A stretch of 35,643 nucleotides of DNA from Macrostomum lignano (taxonomy: Eukaryota): NCBI GenBank assembly GCA_002269645.1, contig NIVC01004763.1, positions 1-35,643 of the forward strand, read 5' to 3'. A program made the translations under genes and the position numbers. Below are positions 1-11,286 of the stretch, one piece after another. Under the pieces are notes generated by a model. It saw nothing but the letters and a program-made list of their open reading frames with translations, had not been told where the DNA came from and ran no database searches. How positions within the stretch are numbered: position 1 is the stretch's first letter; the number at the start of each line of letters is the position of its first letter.

Positions 1-1126
1 CAGCTCGATGAGGCGCAGCAGCAGGACCGGCAAGCACAGAGCGCCTGGCCGACGTTCATCGATAGCAGTGCCCAGAAGGAGCGTCGGTAGCGCCAGCGCC
101 GCCTCAGCTGCGCCAGCATCGTCGCGGAGGCCACCACCGACAGTCAGCGGCAGCACCGACTGCAGCGGCATCACCACGGCGGCGTTCAGCTCCGCATGCA
201 GGCCCGGACTGGCGCCGACGCTGATCAGCAGGGGCTCGACGAGCACCGGCTGCTGACTTGGCGGCCACAAGCTGCTGTAGTCGGCACAGGCCACCCCGGC
301 CACGCCAAGGGACTGCAGGCTGGCGCAGCTGGCGGACCCGACGGCTAGCAGCAGCCGCCAGCTGAATCTGTTCCCAACTGCGCCATCTTCGCTACCGCAG
401 CGGCATTCGCAGTCGCACTCGCCCACCTGTCCCTCTTCGAAATCGCGCTCGTTGCGTTCGTAATGGCGGACTCCCTCCAAATTTCCAGCTGTTTCGCAGT
501 TTCCGCGCTCAATTTCCCCTGCGTCGTCCGGCGCGCGCAGTCGCAGAACTACTTCGACTCTTTCAACATTAAGTTCACCTCGACAAAGTCGATTGTCCAG
601 TCGACGCCGCCGGATCCGAACGATGCAACAGCAGCGGCGCCGCCAGCCAGCTTCCATCGTCGGACCGCCGGGTAGACGACTGCGGAACAGGCAGCAGCGG
701 CGGAATGCAACGAGAGCCAGCAGCCAGTTGCGCTGGAACAGGAGCACGGACGCTAGCCACTGGTTGAGGCCGAGCCCCAGGCTGCCCGCAGACCAATGTG
801 CACCAGGGGTACTCAGAGCACAGGCGGAGGCCCAGCATGGCGCCGCTGTCAACCAGCAAGCAGATGGCGATGCTCACCTCCGTAGCCAATAGTCGCCGCA
901 GAGCGCAAACCAGCTCCGAGTCGGCGCGTCGGTTTTGCAGAGCCAGAAAGCGGCCAGCAATTGCAAGGAAGACTATGCAGCAGCTGAAGGCTAGGAACAG
1001 CCAGGCCTGGGTGTGCAGCTCCGGGCAGTCCATGCTGGTGCAGTTGCTCAAGTTACTGCTGGCTTCGCTAAGCAGAGGCTGCTCGCTGCAGTTAACGAGT
1101 CTGTAATAGAGCGGAAATTGCAGCAT
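1..1126 (-). CDS. Putative 7TM / rhodopsin-like GPCR, frameshifted, 3' end beyond window
   Basis: ATG at 1126. N-terminus has N-glycosylation sequons (NCS, NLS, NCT), then TM1 (AWLFLAFSCCIVFLAIAG) and TM2 (LLATEVSIAICLLV) and YPWC. After a shift near 785: SLGLGLNQWLASVLLFQRNWLLALVAFRRC (TM3-like), RLLLAVGSASCASLQSLGVAGVAC (TM4) and AAVVMPLQSVLPL. After a shift near 150: LSVVASATMLAQLRRRWRYRRSFWALLSMNVGQAL. After a shift near 35: CLPVLLLRLIEL (TM6 CxxP-like). Family call rests on the hydrophobicity pattern only. Confidence 0.5.
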
Positions 1127-1260
1127 TTTCGAAGTTTCGGACGCGCTCAGACGCTTTCAATTGAAGCTGAATTGTTCACCTTCTGTTGTCTTTGATTTTG
1201 GAGCCCGTCATTCCGGCCATATTGCTGTCGGTTTTGGGCTTCTTCAAAGATTAGAGGCTT

Positions 1261-1318
1261 CTATTGGCTTGAGCCCGAGCTAGCCAATAGAGCGGGCTGT
1301 CATCATCTGCATTTGCAT
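1261..1318. promoter_or_regulatory. Inverted CCAAT-box pair plus octamer motif upstream of the GPCR-like gene
   Basis: CTATTGGCT (1261-1269) and AGCCAATAG (1282-1290) form a perfect 9-bp inverted pair; ATTTGCAT at 1311-1318; 135-190 bp upstream of the ATG at 1126. Motif match only. Confidence 0.3.
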
Positions 1319-2581
1319 ATCCGTAAGGCGCAATCTCGCCTCTTACCTTTGGCTTTAATCAGACATTGGACGCAAGTAAGAATTATTTATAAAAGAATGG
1401 TTTTCCAAGCAGAATTACTAATTTCACACAAAGAAGTTTGCATTGTACGTCTAAGTATTCACTGAGCCTCAAGACAGCTTTGAATTAATTCCCCTTTCAC
1501 TTCACTGCTCGTCCTGAGTGCGGGCTGCACTCAAATCTTCAGACCATGCTGAAACGAAACAAAAGGGATGAAAAACGAGTTAGTAGAGGATCAATTATTC
1601 TTCTCATTTCGAAGATGAACCAGTAAATGAACTTTTCAATTCCCTGAAGATCCGAACTTACTGTTTACTCACAGATATTCCCATTCGTTGACTAATTATA
1701 CACGTTTTTGTGATGAAGTGGAGATTAGATGAGTAGCAAGCTGCCAAAAGTAACACTACTATGAAGGCTTTGGCCTTTGTAAGCCCTTGATAGGCTTGTC
1801 GAGACTCAGAAAATAGAAATCAATCACTTCATACTCCGGCCTCCCACTCTTGTCAGATTGCCCCCCTTAAGGTAGCATAGATGAGGCGAGCAAGCTGGGT
1901 CCCAATTTAGCTAGAGGACAGCGAGAGACAAATCGGGAAAAATTGAAAGGCAGAGATCAGCTAATCCAGAGATTAGGCTAATCCGCCACCAAACAGCCCG
2001 TGCGAACTGTGGCTCACCAAACCAGCTCTCTCGAAATCGGCATTCCGAGTAGAAGGGGCTCCGAACCAACCTGCCAATATATTTTTTTACCGCCAATTTC
2101 GTAGCCATAGCCGATGCTGGGACTTAGATCGCATTTCGCAGGGAATTCTTGCAAGACGAGACTACATGGTGTACTATTATTTCATTATCAAATTCCTATA
2201 TTTGCAAGCTTCTGGCCGTAAATGTGACTGCAAACTCTCCAATAGCGCTAATGCAGAATGTCTTACATTAGATAAGCCGCTTTGATGCCTTAATCAGCAC
2301 TGAAGTACATGACTGGCTTAAATTCTGATTTGAAATTATTGATTGATTGACTGAGTACTGTTTGGCCATTAGGTCCACTGCAATCCTCACCTTCAGCTTA
2401 GCTGTTCAACTGAGCTCACACTGCTTAGAGTAGACTTAGTTTGCGGAGATTAGATGTCCCCGCATACCTCTATCTAATTTCATTCTACAAGGTGGCTCTA
2501 TCGCTCTGTGACACTTATTTTTCATTAGCTTTCTCTTCTGCAAATCTATCTGGGCCTACATGTAGACTTCCGCATCAAATA

Positions 2582-3775
2582 CCCGTATAAAACGAAACGG
2601 TCACAAAAAGGGGCTGTTACCGTTCCACTTGATACCGTGGTCTGTAATGATTGTGACCGTTCATGTTCATGATAATAAGGTAACATGATACCGTTCATAG
2701 TTACCATATTTTTGACCGTTTGTTCAGTCACATGTTACCGATCAATGTTACCGTATTTTGTTACCGTTTGTTCAGGTCACGTGTTACCGTATTTTGTTAC
2801 CGTTTGTTCAGGGTCACATGTTACCGATCAATGTTACCGTATTTTGTGACCGTTTGTTCAGGGTCACATGTTACCGTATTTTGTTACCGTTTGTTCAGGG
2901 TCACATGTTACCGATCAATGTTACCGTATTTTGTGACCGTTTGTTCAGGGTCACGTGTTACCGTATTTTGTTACCGTTTGTTCAGGGTCACATGTTACCG
3001 TATTTTGTTACCGTTTGTTCAGGGTCACATGTTACCGATCAATGTTACCGTATTTTGTTACCGTTTGTTCAGGGTCACGTGTTACCGTATTTTGTTACCG
3101 TTTGTTCAGGGTCACGTGTTACCGTATTTTGTTACCGTTTGTTCAGGGTCACATGTTACCGTATTTTGTTACCGTTTGTTCAGGGTCACATGTTACCGAT
3201 CAATGTTACCGTATTTTGTTACCGTTTGTTCAGGGTCACATGTTACCGATCAATGTTACCGTATTTTGTTACCGTTTGTTCAGGGTCACATGTTACCGAT
3301 CAATGTTACCGTATTTTGTTACCGTTTGTTCAGGGTCACGTGTTACCGTATTTTGTTACCGTTTGTTCAGGGTCACGTGTTACCGTATTTTGTTACCGTT
3401 TGTTCAGGGTCACATGTTACCGTATTTTGTTACCGTTTGTTCAGGGTCACATGTTACCGATCAATGTTACCGTATTTTGTGACCGTTTGTTCAGGGTCAC
3501 ATGTTACCGTATTTTGTTACCGTTTGTTCAGGGTCACATGTTACCGATCAATGTTACCGTATTTTGTGACCGTTTGTTCAGGGTCACATGTTACCGATCA
3601 ATGTTACCGTATTTTGTTACCGTTTGTTCAGGGCCACATGTTACCGATCAATGTTACCGTATTTTGTTACCGTTTGTTCAGGGTCACATGTTACCGATCA
3701 ATGTTACCGTTTGTTCAGGGTCACATGTTACCGATCAAAGTTACCGTACTTTGTGACCGTTTCGTTTTATGCGGG
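2582..3775. mobile_element. Non-autonomous TIR element (MITE-like) with an internal tandem array
   Basis: 26-bp inverted repeats with 1 mismatch: CCCGTATAAAACGAAACGGTCACAAA (2582-2607) and TTTGTGACCGTTTCGTTTTATGCGGG (3750-3775). Both are flanked by ATA (weak 3-bp TSD candidate). No coding capacity. Confidence 0.6.
2711..3748. repeat. Modular minisatellite of mixed 37-bp and 50-bp units
   Basis: Modules B=TTTGTTCAGGGTCAC(A/G)TGTTACCG (24 bp, about 24 copies), A=TATTTTGT(T/G)ACCG (13 bp) and C=ATCAATGTTACCG (13 bp), arranged mostly as BA or BCA. Confidence 0.95.
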
Positions 3776-3932
3776 ATAATTCGGAATTCCCAGCTCAAAA
3801 TTAAAGCCAAGGTCATTTCAAGTAGAAAAGCATTTCTAAAGTTTTTTATTTCAAAAAAAATCTTGAAAAATATATATAAGTTGAACGCAGAATACTTCCA
3901 ACAGTAGTTGAATTGATGGTCCAAATTTACTA

Positions 3933-4101
3933 GGAATTCCCGGTTTTCCCCGAGGTGTGAGTCAGAATTCTAAGGGTTTTCACGGAATTCCCGGGGCTTT
4001 CCCAGAATTCCTAGAGTTTTACTGGAATTCCCCGGGGTTTCCCCAAAATTCCCGGAGGTTTCCTGGAATTTCCGGGGGTTTTTCCAGAATTCCCGGATTC
4101 C
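3933..4101. repeat. Degenerate ~21-bp repeat with GGAATTCCC cores
   Basis: About 7-8 (G/A)GAATTCC(C) cores alternating with GGGTTT(T)CC segments. Confidence 0.65.
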
Positions 4102-4602
4102 TCAGATTAGGCGAGCTGAAACAAAAACAATTGATTTCCATAACGGGGCCCAAAGGTGTAGTGGGGGACAAAGCAATTGCATTTGCACTGCCACCCCCCC
4201 CCATGGCGACGCCCCTGCTATCATAATGATCTATAATATTATTGAAGTGTATAATAAAGAAAAATAGGGTCAAATAAATTCTTTATTAGAATGAAAAATA
4301 TCAAATAAAATCAAAAGGATGTTTTTCTAGAATGCTTCACGGCTAATATAAAAAATGAATAAAATTTAGAGAAACAGAATCTGTACGGCAGATTATCGCA
4401 GTGCAGTAATAAAAAATGCCTAGATATGAGTATTAGAGCTGCCAAGAGCAAGAAAGACCGGTCCTGAACTCAAACTCATTCTTCTTAGACAGTTATGAGT
4501 TATCGTAGACAGGGGTGAAAAACAATTGGAAGATTTAAGTAATCTGAGTAATAAAAAATCTCTAAGCAGTCGTCTCAGTAAAACCCCATCAATAACAAAT
4601 AT

Positions 4603-6668
4603 TCAAGCTGAGTTTCGCTGCAGCCAGTCGACAATGGCAGCCGTCACTTCGTTGGTACCGGCGCTACCGCCAAGGTCGCGAGTTCGCACCCCGCCAGCCA
4701 GAGCGGCCAGCACGGCCATGCGAACACGCCTGGCGTCGGCTGCCTCGCCCAGATACTCCAGCATGTCGGCCGAGGCCAGCAGCAGGCCGCACGGATTGGC
4801 CAAGTCTCGGCCGCGCATGGCCTGTCCGGAGACTCGGACGCCGCATTCGAACACGGCGCACCGACTGCCGACATTCATGCCTGAGGCGACGCCGGCGCCG
4901 CCGACAAGCCCGGCGGCGATGTTGCCGACAATGTTGCCGTACAGATTGGGCAGCAGCATGAGGTCAAACTGCTGCGGCTGGGAGGTCAGCTGCATGCAGC
5001 AGTTGTCAACGATCATGTCGTTGAACTCAATATCCGGATAAGACTGGGCAACCTGGCGGCAAACGTCTAGAAACAGGCCGTCGGAGAGTTTCATGATGTT
5101 TGCCTTGTGCACCGCTGTCACCTGAGCGCGTGGCGGGAGATTATAGTTTATTAGACAGCAATAAGACCCGCCAGTGGTGTAGAAATACACTTTTAGCTAA
5201 ATTCACATATTTGCCTCTCTTCATTAATCATCAGTCTGACACATGAAAGCGTCTTAAGAGACAATTATGTCGCCTAAGAGTCGCTGCAAAGTCTTTGTAG
5301 GTAACACAGTTAAAATAGGAAAGAATCGACTCTAGACGACTCTAAAACGAAGAGATGTCGCGGTACAAGTCGCCAAAAATTCGCCTACGAGCCAGTTTGA
5401 GATGTTTTTCTATTGTCTGCGACCCTGTAACGCCTCTAGGGCCGTATCTGAGGCATGCCAGAGTCGCTTTAGACTCGCTGAGTTGCGTCTAAAGCGCATC
5501 TGCGTCACTTGATGAATTAAAATTGCATTTCGCATTTTTAACAACTCTATTTACCCTACTTAAGTTAGTAGACAGTTAAGCTTTGCAAATTCTACAAATC
5601 ACGTGATGCGCTCGTGACTCAACAGTTGCCTCTCCGTCGCATTACAGTCGTTTGAGTCGCCTAACAAACTGACACCCAATGGATTCTGAACGCCAACCTT
5701 CTTCCGCCTCGTCTTGATGGCAGTCTGAAATGCGAACTCGGCAATCTGGCGGCAGCGAGCTTCGGTCACCACTTTTAAGCTTTCCACCACGCCGTCAACG
5801 TTGAAGTGCTCCAACTGGTTGTACTCTCCCTCGGTGTTCTGCCGGACTACTAGTATGTCGATGTCGCGATGACGGGTTGGCAGGCCCTCGATGGATTTGC
5901 AGCGCTGAACGTAGGCAAACAGGCCGAGCTTGGCGCGCAACTGGGCGTTCTTAGCAGCGGCGCCTGCCAACAGTGCGAGTGGTGGGTTGCAGTTTGGTCT
6001 AGACAAATTATGGCCAACAATAGGCAATTAGCAAATCAACTGCAAATTTTGAAAATTATTCAACTTACCACCGATGCTGATGAAGTCCGTGCTCGCTGAA
6101 ATTTTATGATTGAATTCGATTTGTTAAATTCAACTTCAATTTGCGGTTAACAGAAAAAACAGACAGACAACACGACAAAAAGACATCGAGATCGAAAGAC
6201 AGACAGAGACAGACAGACAGACAGGCAGACGCAGATCACGAACCAAAACTCACCTTCAAGCGATTCCAGATTGCCTTTAAGCGCTACTCCATTGCGCTGA
6301 ATCGACATGACAATGCGCCGCATTTCCTCAGGGGTGACGGCACCCTCGGCAGAGGTTTGCAGCTCTTCAAAGTCAACGTGAGCCCGGGCGGCCAGCAGTG
6401 TTTGCTTCACAACGGCCATCAGCTCCGGCCCGATGCCGCTGCCGGGAATCATGGAGACGCGGTGCTGGCCGCCGTACTTTGCGGCCGTTAAAATGCCTCT
6501 GAGCTCAGCGCCTGGCGCAGGCGCGTGCTCCAACCAGTGCTCGAGATCGTCATCGGCTGTGGTAGTTGCTGTTGATCTGGACGAGATACTGCTGCACAGA
6601 TGGCGTCGCCATGGTAGCGATGATAGGGCAGCCAAGAATCGATTACGCACAGGTAGCAGCAGATGCAT
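4603..6668 (-). CDS. IDH3G: Mitochondrial NAD-dependent isocitrate dehydrogenase subunit gamma
   Basis: Exons 6668-6254, 5963-5698 and 5121-4603 with GT-AG sites and matching phases (1, 0). Total 1200 nt = 399 aa, no frameshift. Motifs AKYGGQHRVSMIPGSGIGPELM, RNGVALKGN, TRHRDIDILVVRQNTEGEY, VTAVHKANIMKLSDGLF, FDLMLLPNLYGNIV. AKYGG is characteristic of the gamma subunit. The Arg/Ser/Leu-rich N-terminus fits a mitochondrial presequence. Confidence 0.93.
6159..6232. repeat. Degenerate (GACA)n microsatellite in IDH3G intron 1
   Basis: ACAGACAGAC / GACAGAGAGACAG runs. Confidence 0.8.
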
Positions 6669-6726
6669 CAGTGAAGGCTGTAGTATCAGTTTGAATAGAG
6701 AACATGCTTTCGTTGCATTTACAAAG

Positions 6727-7705
6727 GCCTGAGAGCGATGGATGACCTTGAAAAACAGATGGGAAAGGCCTGAAAGTGGTGAATGACCTTGAGTAACAGA
6801 TGGAGAAGGCCTGAGAGCGGTGGATGACCTCGAGTAACAGATGGAGAAGGCCTGAGAGCGGTGGATGACCTTGAGTAACAGATGGGGAAGGCGTGAGAGC
6901 GGTGGATGACCTCGAGTAACAGATAGGGAAGGCCTGAGAGCGGTGGTCGGTGGATGACCTTGAGTAGCAGATGGAGGCCTGAGAGCGGTGGATGACCTCG
7001 AGTAACAGATGGGGAAGGCGTGAGAGCGGTGGATGACCTCGAGTAACAGATGGAGAAGGCCTGAGAGCGGTGGATGACCTCGAGTAACAGATAGGGAAGG
7101 CCTGAGAGCGGTGGATGACCTCGAGTAACAGATAGGGAAGGCCTGAGAGCGGTGGTCGGTGGATGACCTTGAGTAGCAGATGAAGGCCTGAGAGCGGTGG
7201 ATGACCTTCAGTAACAGATGGGGAAGGCCTGAGAGCGGTGGATGACCTTGAGTAACAGATGGGAAAGGCCTGAGAGCGGTAAATGACCTCGAGTAACAGA
7301 TGGGGAGGCGTGAGAGCGGTAGATAACCTTGAGTAACAGATGGGGAAGGCCTGAGAGCGGTGGATGACCTTGAGTAACAGATGGGGAGGCGTGAGAGCGG
7401 TAGATAACCTTGAGTAACAGATGGGGAAGGCCTGAGAGCGGTAAATGACCTCGAGTAACAGATGGGGAGGCGTGAGAGCGGTAGATAACCTTGAGTAACA
7501 GATAGGGAAGGCCTGAGAGCGGTAGATAACCTTGAGTAACAGATGGGGAAGGCCTGAGAGCGGTGGATGACCTTGAGTAACAGATGGGGAAGGCCTGAGA
7601 GCGGTGGATGACCTTGAGTAACAGATGGGGAAGGCCTGAGAGCGGTGGATGACCTTGAGTAACAGATGGGGAAAGCCTGAGAGCGCTGGATGACCTTGAG
7701 TAACA
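6727..7705. repeat. 41-bp minisatellite, about 24 copies
   Basis: Consensus GATGGGGAAGGCCTGAGAGCGGTGGATGACCTTGAGTAACA; period 41 checked at 7561/7602/7643. Ends about 60 bp upstream of the IDH3G ATG. Confidence 0.97.
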
Positions 7706-8317
7706 TGCAGGTCTGCCAGTAGTAGCAGACGCCCTAAAGACGCAATTACTAAAGGTGCAATGATGTTACCTAATCAACTGAAAGATAAGTAAAAAAGGCA
7801 GAAAATGCGACTGGGAGAAAAAAGAACGACTTAATACTCATAGTTTAGGCAGCCAATAAGAGGCATTTTTAATTTCGTATTTTATTTAAAAAACATGCCG
7901 GCGATTTGATTTGACAAAAGGTGTCTGAATTTGATAAATTTATAACTGAGTGAATTTGTAACTATTATTTAATAAAAAAACTGTAGAAAAACATGGCAAC
8001 AGAAGGAACTCAAACAACACTTTGAACTCAGAAGCTTGTAAATACCATAAATGCTAAGGCTAAATACTTGGCTTGGATGAATAATATTTAGTAGATAGAT
8101 ATAAAACTCGCATAAAAACGATGGCGATAGTTTTATTATTAAAGACGAGGCTGGCAAATGCTGGAATAAATGATAAATATGAAAAATATGCCTCCGTTTA
8201 CTGCAACACTGCGCAACTTGGCGAATAGAAATGCAGCCTTTTTAACTGAAAACACGCAGAAACTAAAACAGAAACAAGTTGGTCTTTGAACTAAAAACAA
8301 CAGATTAAGAATCAATC

Positions 8318-10262
8318 CTAAGCCTCGGCTTCTTCAGCGCTTTCCTCGTCGTCGTCCGCAGCATCGTGAGCCTCGCCGGCATCGCCCTCGCCCTCGCCGC
8401 AGCTGCGCATTTCGCACAGCTGGCTGACCCGGCGACGAAAGCGGTCACGAGCAGCCATCAAGTCGACATCTTCGACGACATCAACTTGTTCGTCTCCAGC
8501 GTCGAGATCCGTGACATCGTCGACTGCAGTGGCATCCGTGTAGACGTCATCCAACTCGCCAGAAGCAGCAGCAGTCTTGGCTGTTGGCTTGCTTTGCTTG
8601 GCCTTCTTCTTTGGCTTCTTTGATTTGGCTTAAAAAAAGGATTTTGCAATTCTTGATTGAGTTTTATCAGGACTGCGCCCGAGTACCGGTTATGAATCCT
8701 GACAGTCCCAGTTATGAATCCCGACAGTCCCAGTTATGAATCCCGACAGTCCCAGTTATGAATCCCGACAGTCCCAGTTATGAATCCCGACAGTCCCAGA
8801 ATTATGAATGAATCCCGACAGTCCCTGTTATGAATTAGTTATGAATCCCGACAGTCCCAGTTATGAATTAGTTATGAATCCCGACAGTCCCTGTTATGAA
8901 TTCCCTGTTATGAATGAATCCCGACAGTCCCTGTTATGAATCCCGTCCCAGTTATGAATCCCGACAGTCCCAGTTCTGAATCTCACCAAATCTCATTCAA
9001 TCCAGAGATTCGATCTGTCTCAATCGCTGGAGACTCGAATAATAAGTGCCTATGAAATTTACAACCCCTATTGCATATTCCTCGCATAATTTAATCAATG
9101 GTACATTACCATTATTATCGACCGTTTTGTCAGCCTTTGCCGCAGTCTTCAGCTTTTTCTTGTTGCGCTTTTTCTCGCTAGAACGAGAGTCACGGACATC
9201 GGCTGGTTTCTTCTTGACGAGCTTGACCCGGCCGCCAGCAAAATAGCCGTATCGTTCCAGCCTGGCCTGAAAGTCCAGCTTAGCAACAACATTGGCGGCT
9301 TCGTTAGCCAGACGGCGAAGCTCGAGCTCGGCGGCGCTGCCCGGCTTCGGCGCCGAGAGTCCGGTCAGATCTTCCGCGCCTTCGAATGGCCGAATCCGAG
9401 CGTCCGGTACCCAGGCCCGGCTGGCCGACCGGCCCAAGAAGGTCACGTGATAAGCGGCCACATCGTTAGATTCGGCTTCGAGTTCGAAGAATGTGCCATA
9501 GTCGTTGTCCACTTCAACAATGGCTGGCCAATAGGGGTAGCCTTGCACCCTGGCCCAGACCAGACTGCCGGCAACGTACTTGTTGGACAGGGCGAAGTTC
9601 GTGCCCTGGGCGTAGAAATACTCGGCCAGCTCGGGCAGGCCGCAGTCGTTCTGGCGCGGATCGGCCGAATCCGAGCAGCGCCAGTTGTCCGGCACGCGAC
9701 AGGGCTCGGCGCAGTCTGGCTCGTGTCGCCACTTCTTGCAGTCGCTGCACTCGATCCACGTGCCACTGGCGAATTGGAAATTCACTGGCGGCTGCGGCGG
9801 CGACGAATCAGCAGCCGAGGAGGCATCGAGTGATGAAGCCTTGCGCTTGCGGCTAACGCTTTGCTTTGGCTCCTCCTTGGCGGAACTGGCCTTCTTCATC
9901 CCTTGTTGGCATTCTTTCCCTTTAGCAAGCCTGATGAGGCCAGCTTGCCAGCGCTGCTAGCAGGCTTGGATTTCAAATAATTGTCGCACAACTGCTCTGT
10001 AGTGCTGCTAGTCACGGCTTTAATAGCCGAATCGAATATTGAATCGAATTTTTGGCTTGAGGTGATGGCGGCGCCAATTGCACTTTCTTTCATTCTAACA
10101 GTAGCAGCAGCAGCAGCAGCAGGCTCCGGAGTTTGCTGCGCCTGAAACAGTCAAGATGTGTAGAGACAAGTTGACTCAACCCTTATTGAATTTCGAGCAA
10201 TGCTGAGCACAAATCTGCTACTTTTTTAGTTTATACAGACTCTCGTAACAGCCATCTACTCG

Positions 10263-10307
<45 letters not shown>

Positions 10308-11286
10308 CTATCTATCTATCTATCTCTATCTCTCTATCTATCTATCTATCTATCTATCTCCATATCTCCCAAACAATAAATATAGTCAGGGGCGTAGACA
10401 GGATCGTGAGGTTGGCGCCAAAGCTTTAACATATCAGGGCGGCCGTCCTAGTGTCCCTTTACTGATTACTAAGAGGAGCTGCTATTCCTGACAACTCAAA
10501 TTACTGCAGCTAAAAAATAAATAAGCTCGCTACCACTCGAAACGACTAACCGATGCAAACGAACTCTGCGACAAATTGCTGCTTTCGCTAGCTGCCTCAA
10601 TTGAAGCATCGCAGTCGACTTTGTCTTTTGCAGATTCAGCCGCTTCTTTGTCTGCAACTTTAATGCCACCGGATTCGCTAGAAACGACTGGCGCAGTGAC
10701 CGGCTGCATAGAATTGTTAACTTCGCAGTTTGACTCAGCAAAATCAGTGGCCTCTTTGAAGTTGGACTGGTTGGAATTAGCGGCCTCTTTGAAGTTGGAC
10801 TGGTTGGAATTTGCGGCACTTTTAACTTTAGGCTTGGCTAAGTTGCAGCTTTAGACAGAGGCACAGATGATTTTAATTTCAAACCAGTCTTGCCAGGGCT
10901 GGCAGCAGCCACAGCTTTGGAAGAGGACTCAGTGGTAGTGCTTACAGAGCTCGCAGCATCATCAAAGGCTGGCAGCTTAATGGCAATTGATTTTGATGCT
11001 GAAGGAGCCAGACCAACGCGCCTAGCTTGCAGACAGCGAAAGCCTGCAGAAAAAAAGAAAATATAAACACTAAAAAATTATTCACAATACCAGCTCTCAT
11101 TTTTATAAGTCAGGACAATTGAAAGAAATCATTAAACTGAAACAAAATTGAGCAACAGAAAGAACTTTAAACTTAAAACTGAAACTCAAGTTAGATTGAA
11201 AAAAACAAAACAATTTCAAGTCACCAATAATAAAATAATGTTGATGTCATAATGATTTAAAAATGCAGTCACTTACGGTTTAACAT
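8318..11286 (-). CDS. ZCWPW1: zf-CW + PWWP chromatin reader, ZCWPW1-like (two 1-nt frameshifts)
   Basis: Coding exons 11286-11277, 11043-10551, 10141-9110 and 8628-8318 with GT-AG sites and consistent phases (1, 0, 1). Total 1846 nt; adding one base near 10845 and one near 9900 gives 1848 nt = 615 aa. CW finger WIECSDCKKWR...PDNWRC...NDCGLPE is directly followed by PWWP GSLVWARVQGYPYWPAIV...YHVTFLGRSASRAWV. Long S/A/K-rich N-terminus and acidic C-terminus. ZCWPW1 versus ZCWPW2 is judged from architecture only. Confidence 0.85.
8689..8983. repeat. 22-bp minisatellite in the last ZCWPW1-like intron
   Basis: Unit GTTATGAATCCCGACAGTCCCA with inserted TTATGAA sub-modules. Confidence 0.95.
10257..10358. 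repeat. (TATC)n microsatellite
   Basis: About 22 TATC units with TC slippage, in ZCWPW1-like intron 2. Confidence 0.95.

Noticed and set aside
2720-3907. ORFs of 395, 332 and 175 aa with VTVFCYRLFR repeats, and a CRISPR-like look
   Set aside because: Translations of a stop-free tandem array; there are no unique spacers and no cas genes.
4526-5041. Plus-strand ORFs opposite IDH3G, and likewise 9443-9960 and 15160-17239
   Set aside because: Antisense or alternate-frame shadows of GC-rich coding sequence.
4603-6668. Bacterial IDH/IPMDH horizontal transfer
   Set aside because: The gene has spliceosomal introns, a presequence and animal gamma-subunit motifs.
6669-7706. 346-aa repetitive N-terminal extension on IDH3G in the 519-aa ORF
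   Set aside because: The 41-bp unit has no stop on the minus strand and cycles through all frames; a downstream Met at 6668 gives a normal-length protein with a presequence.
4205-10397. CAGGGGCGT-type MITE-like ends at 4205-4217 (reverse) and 10387-10397
   Set aside because: They face outward relative to each other and no partner ends or TSDs were found, so no element could be delimited.
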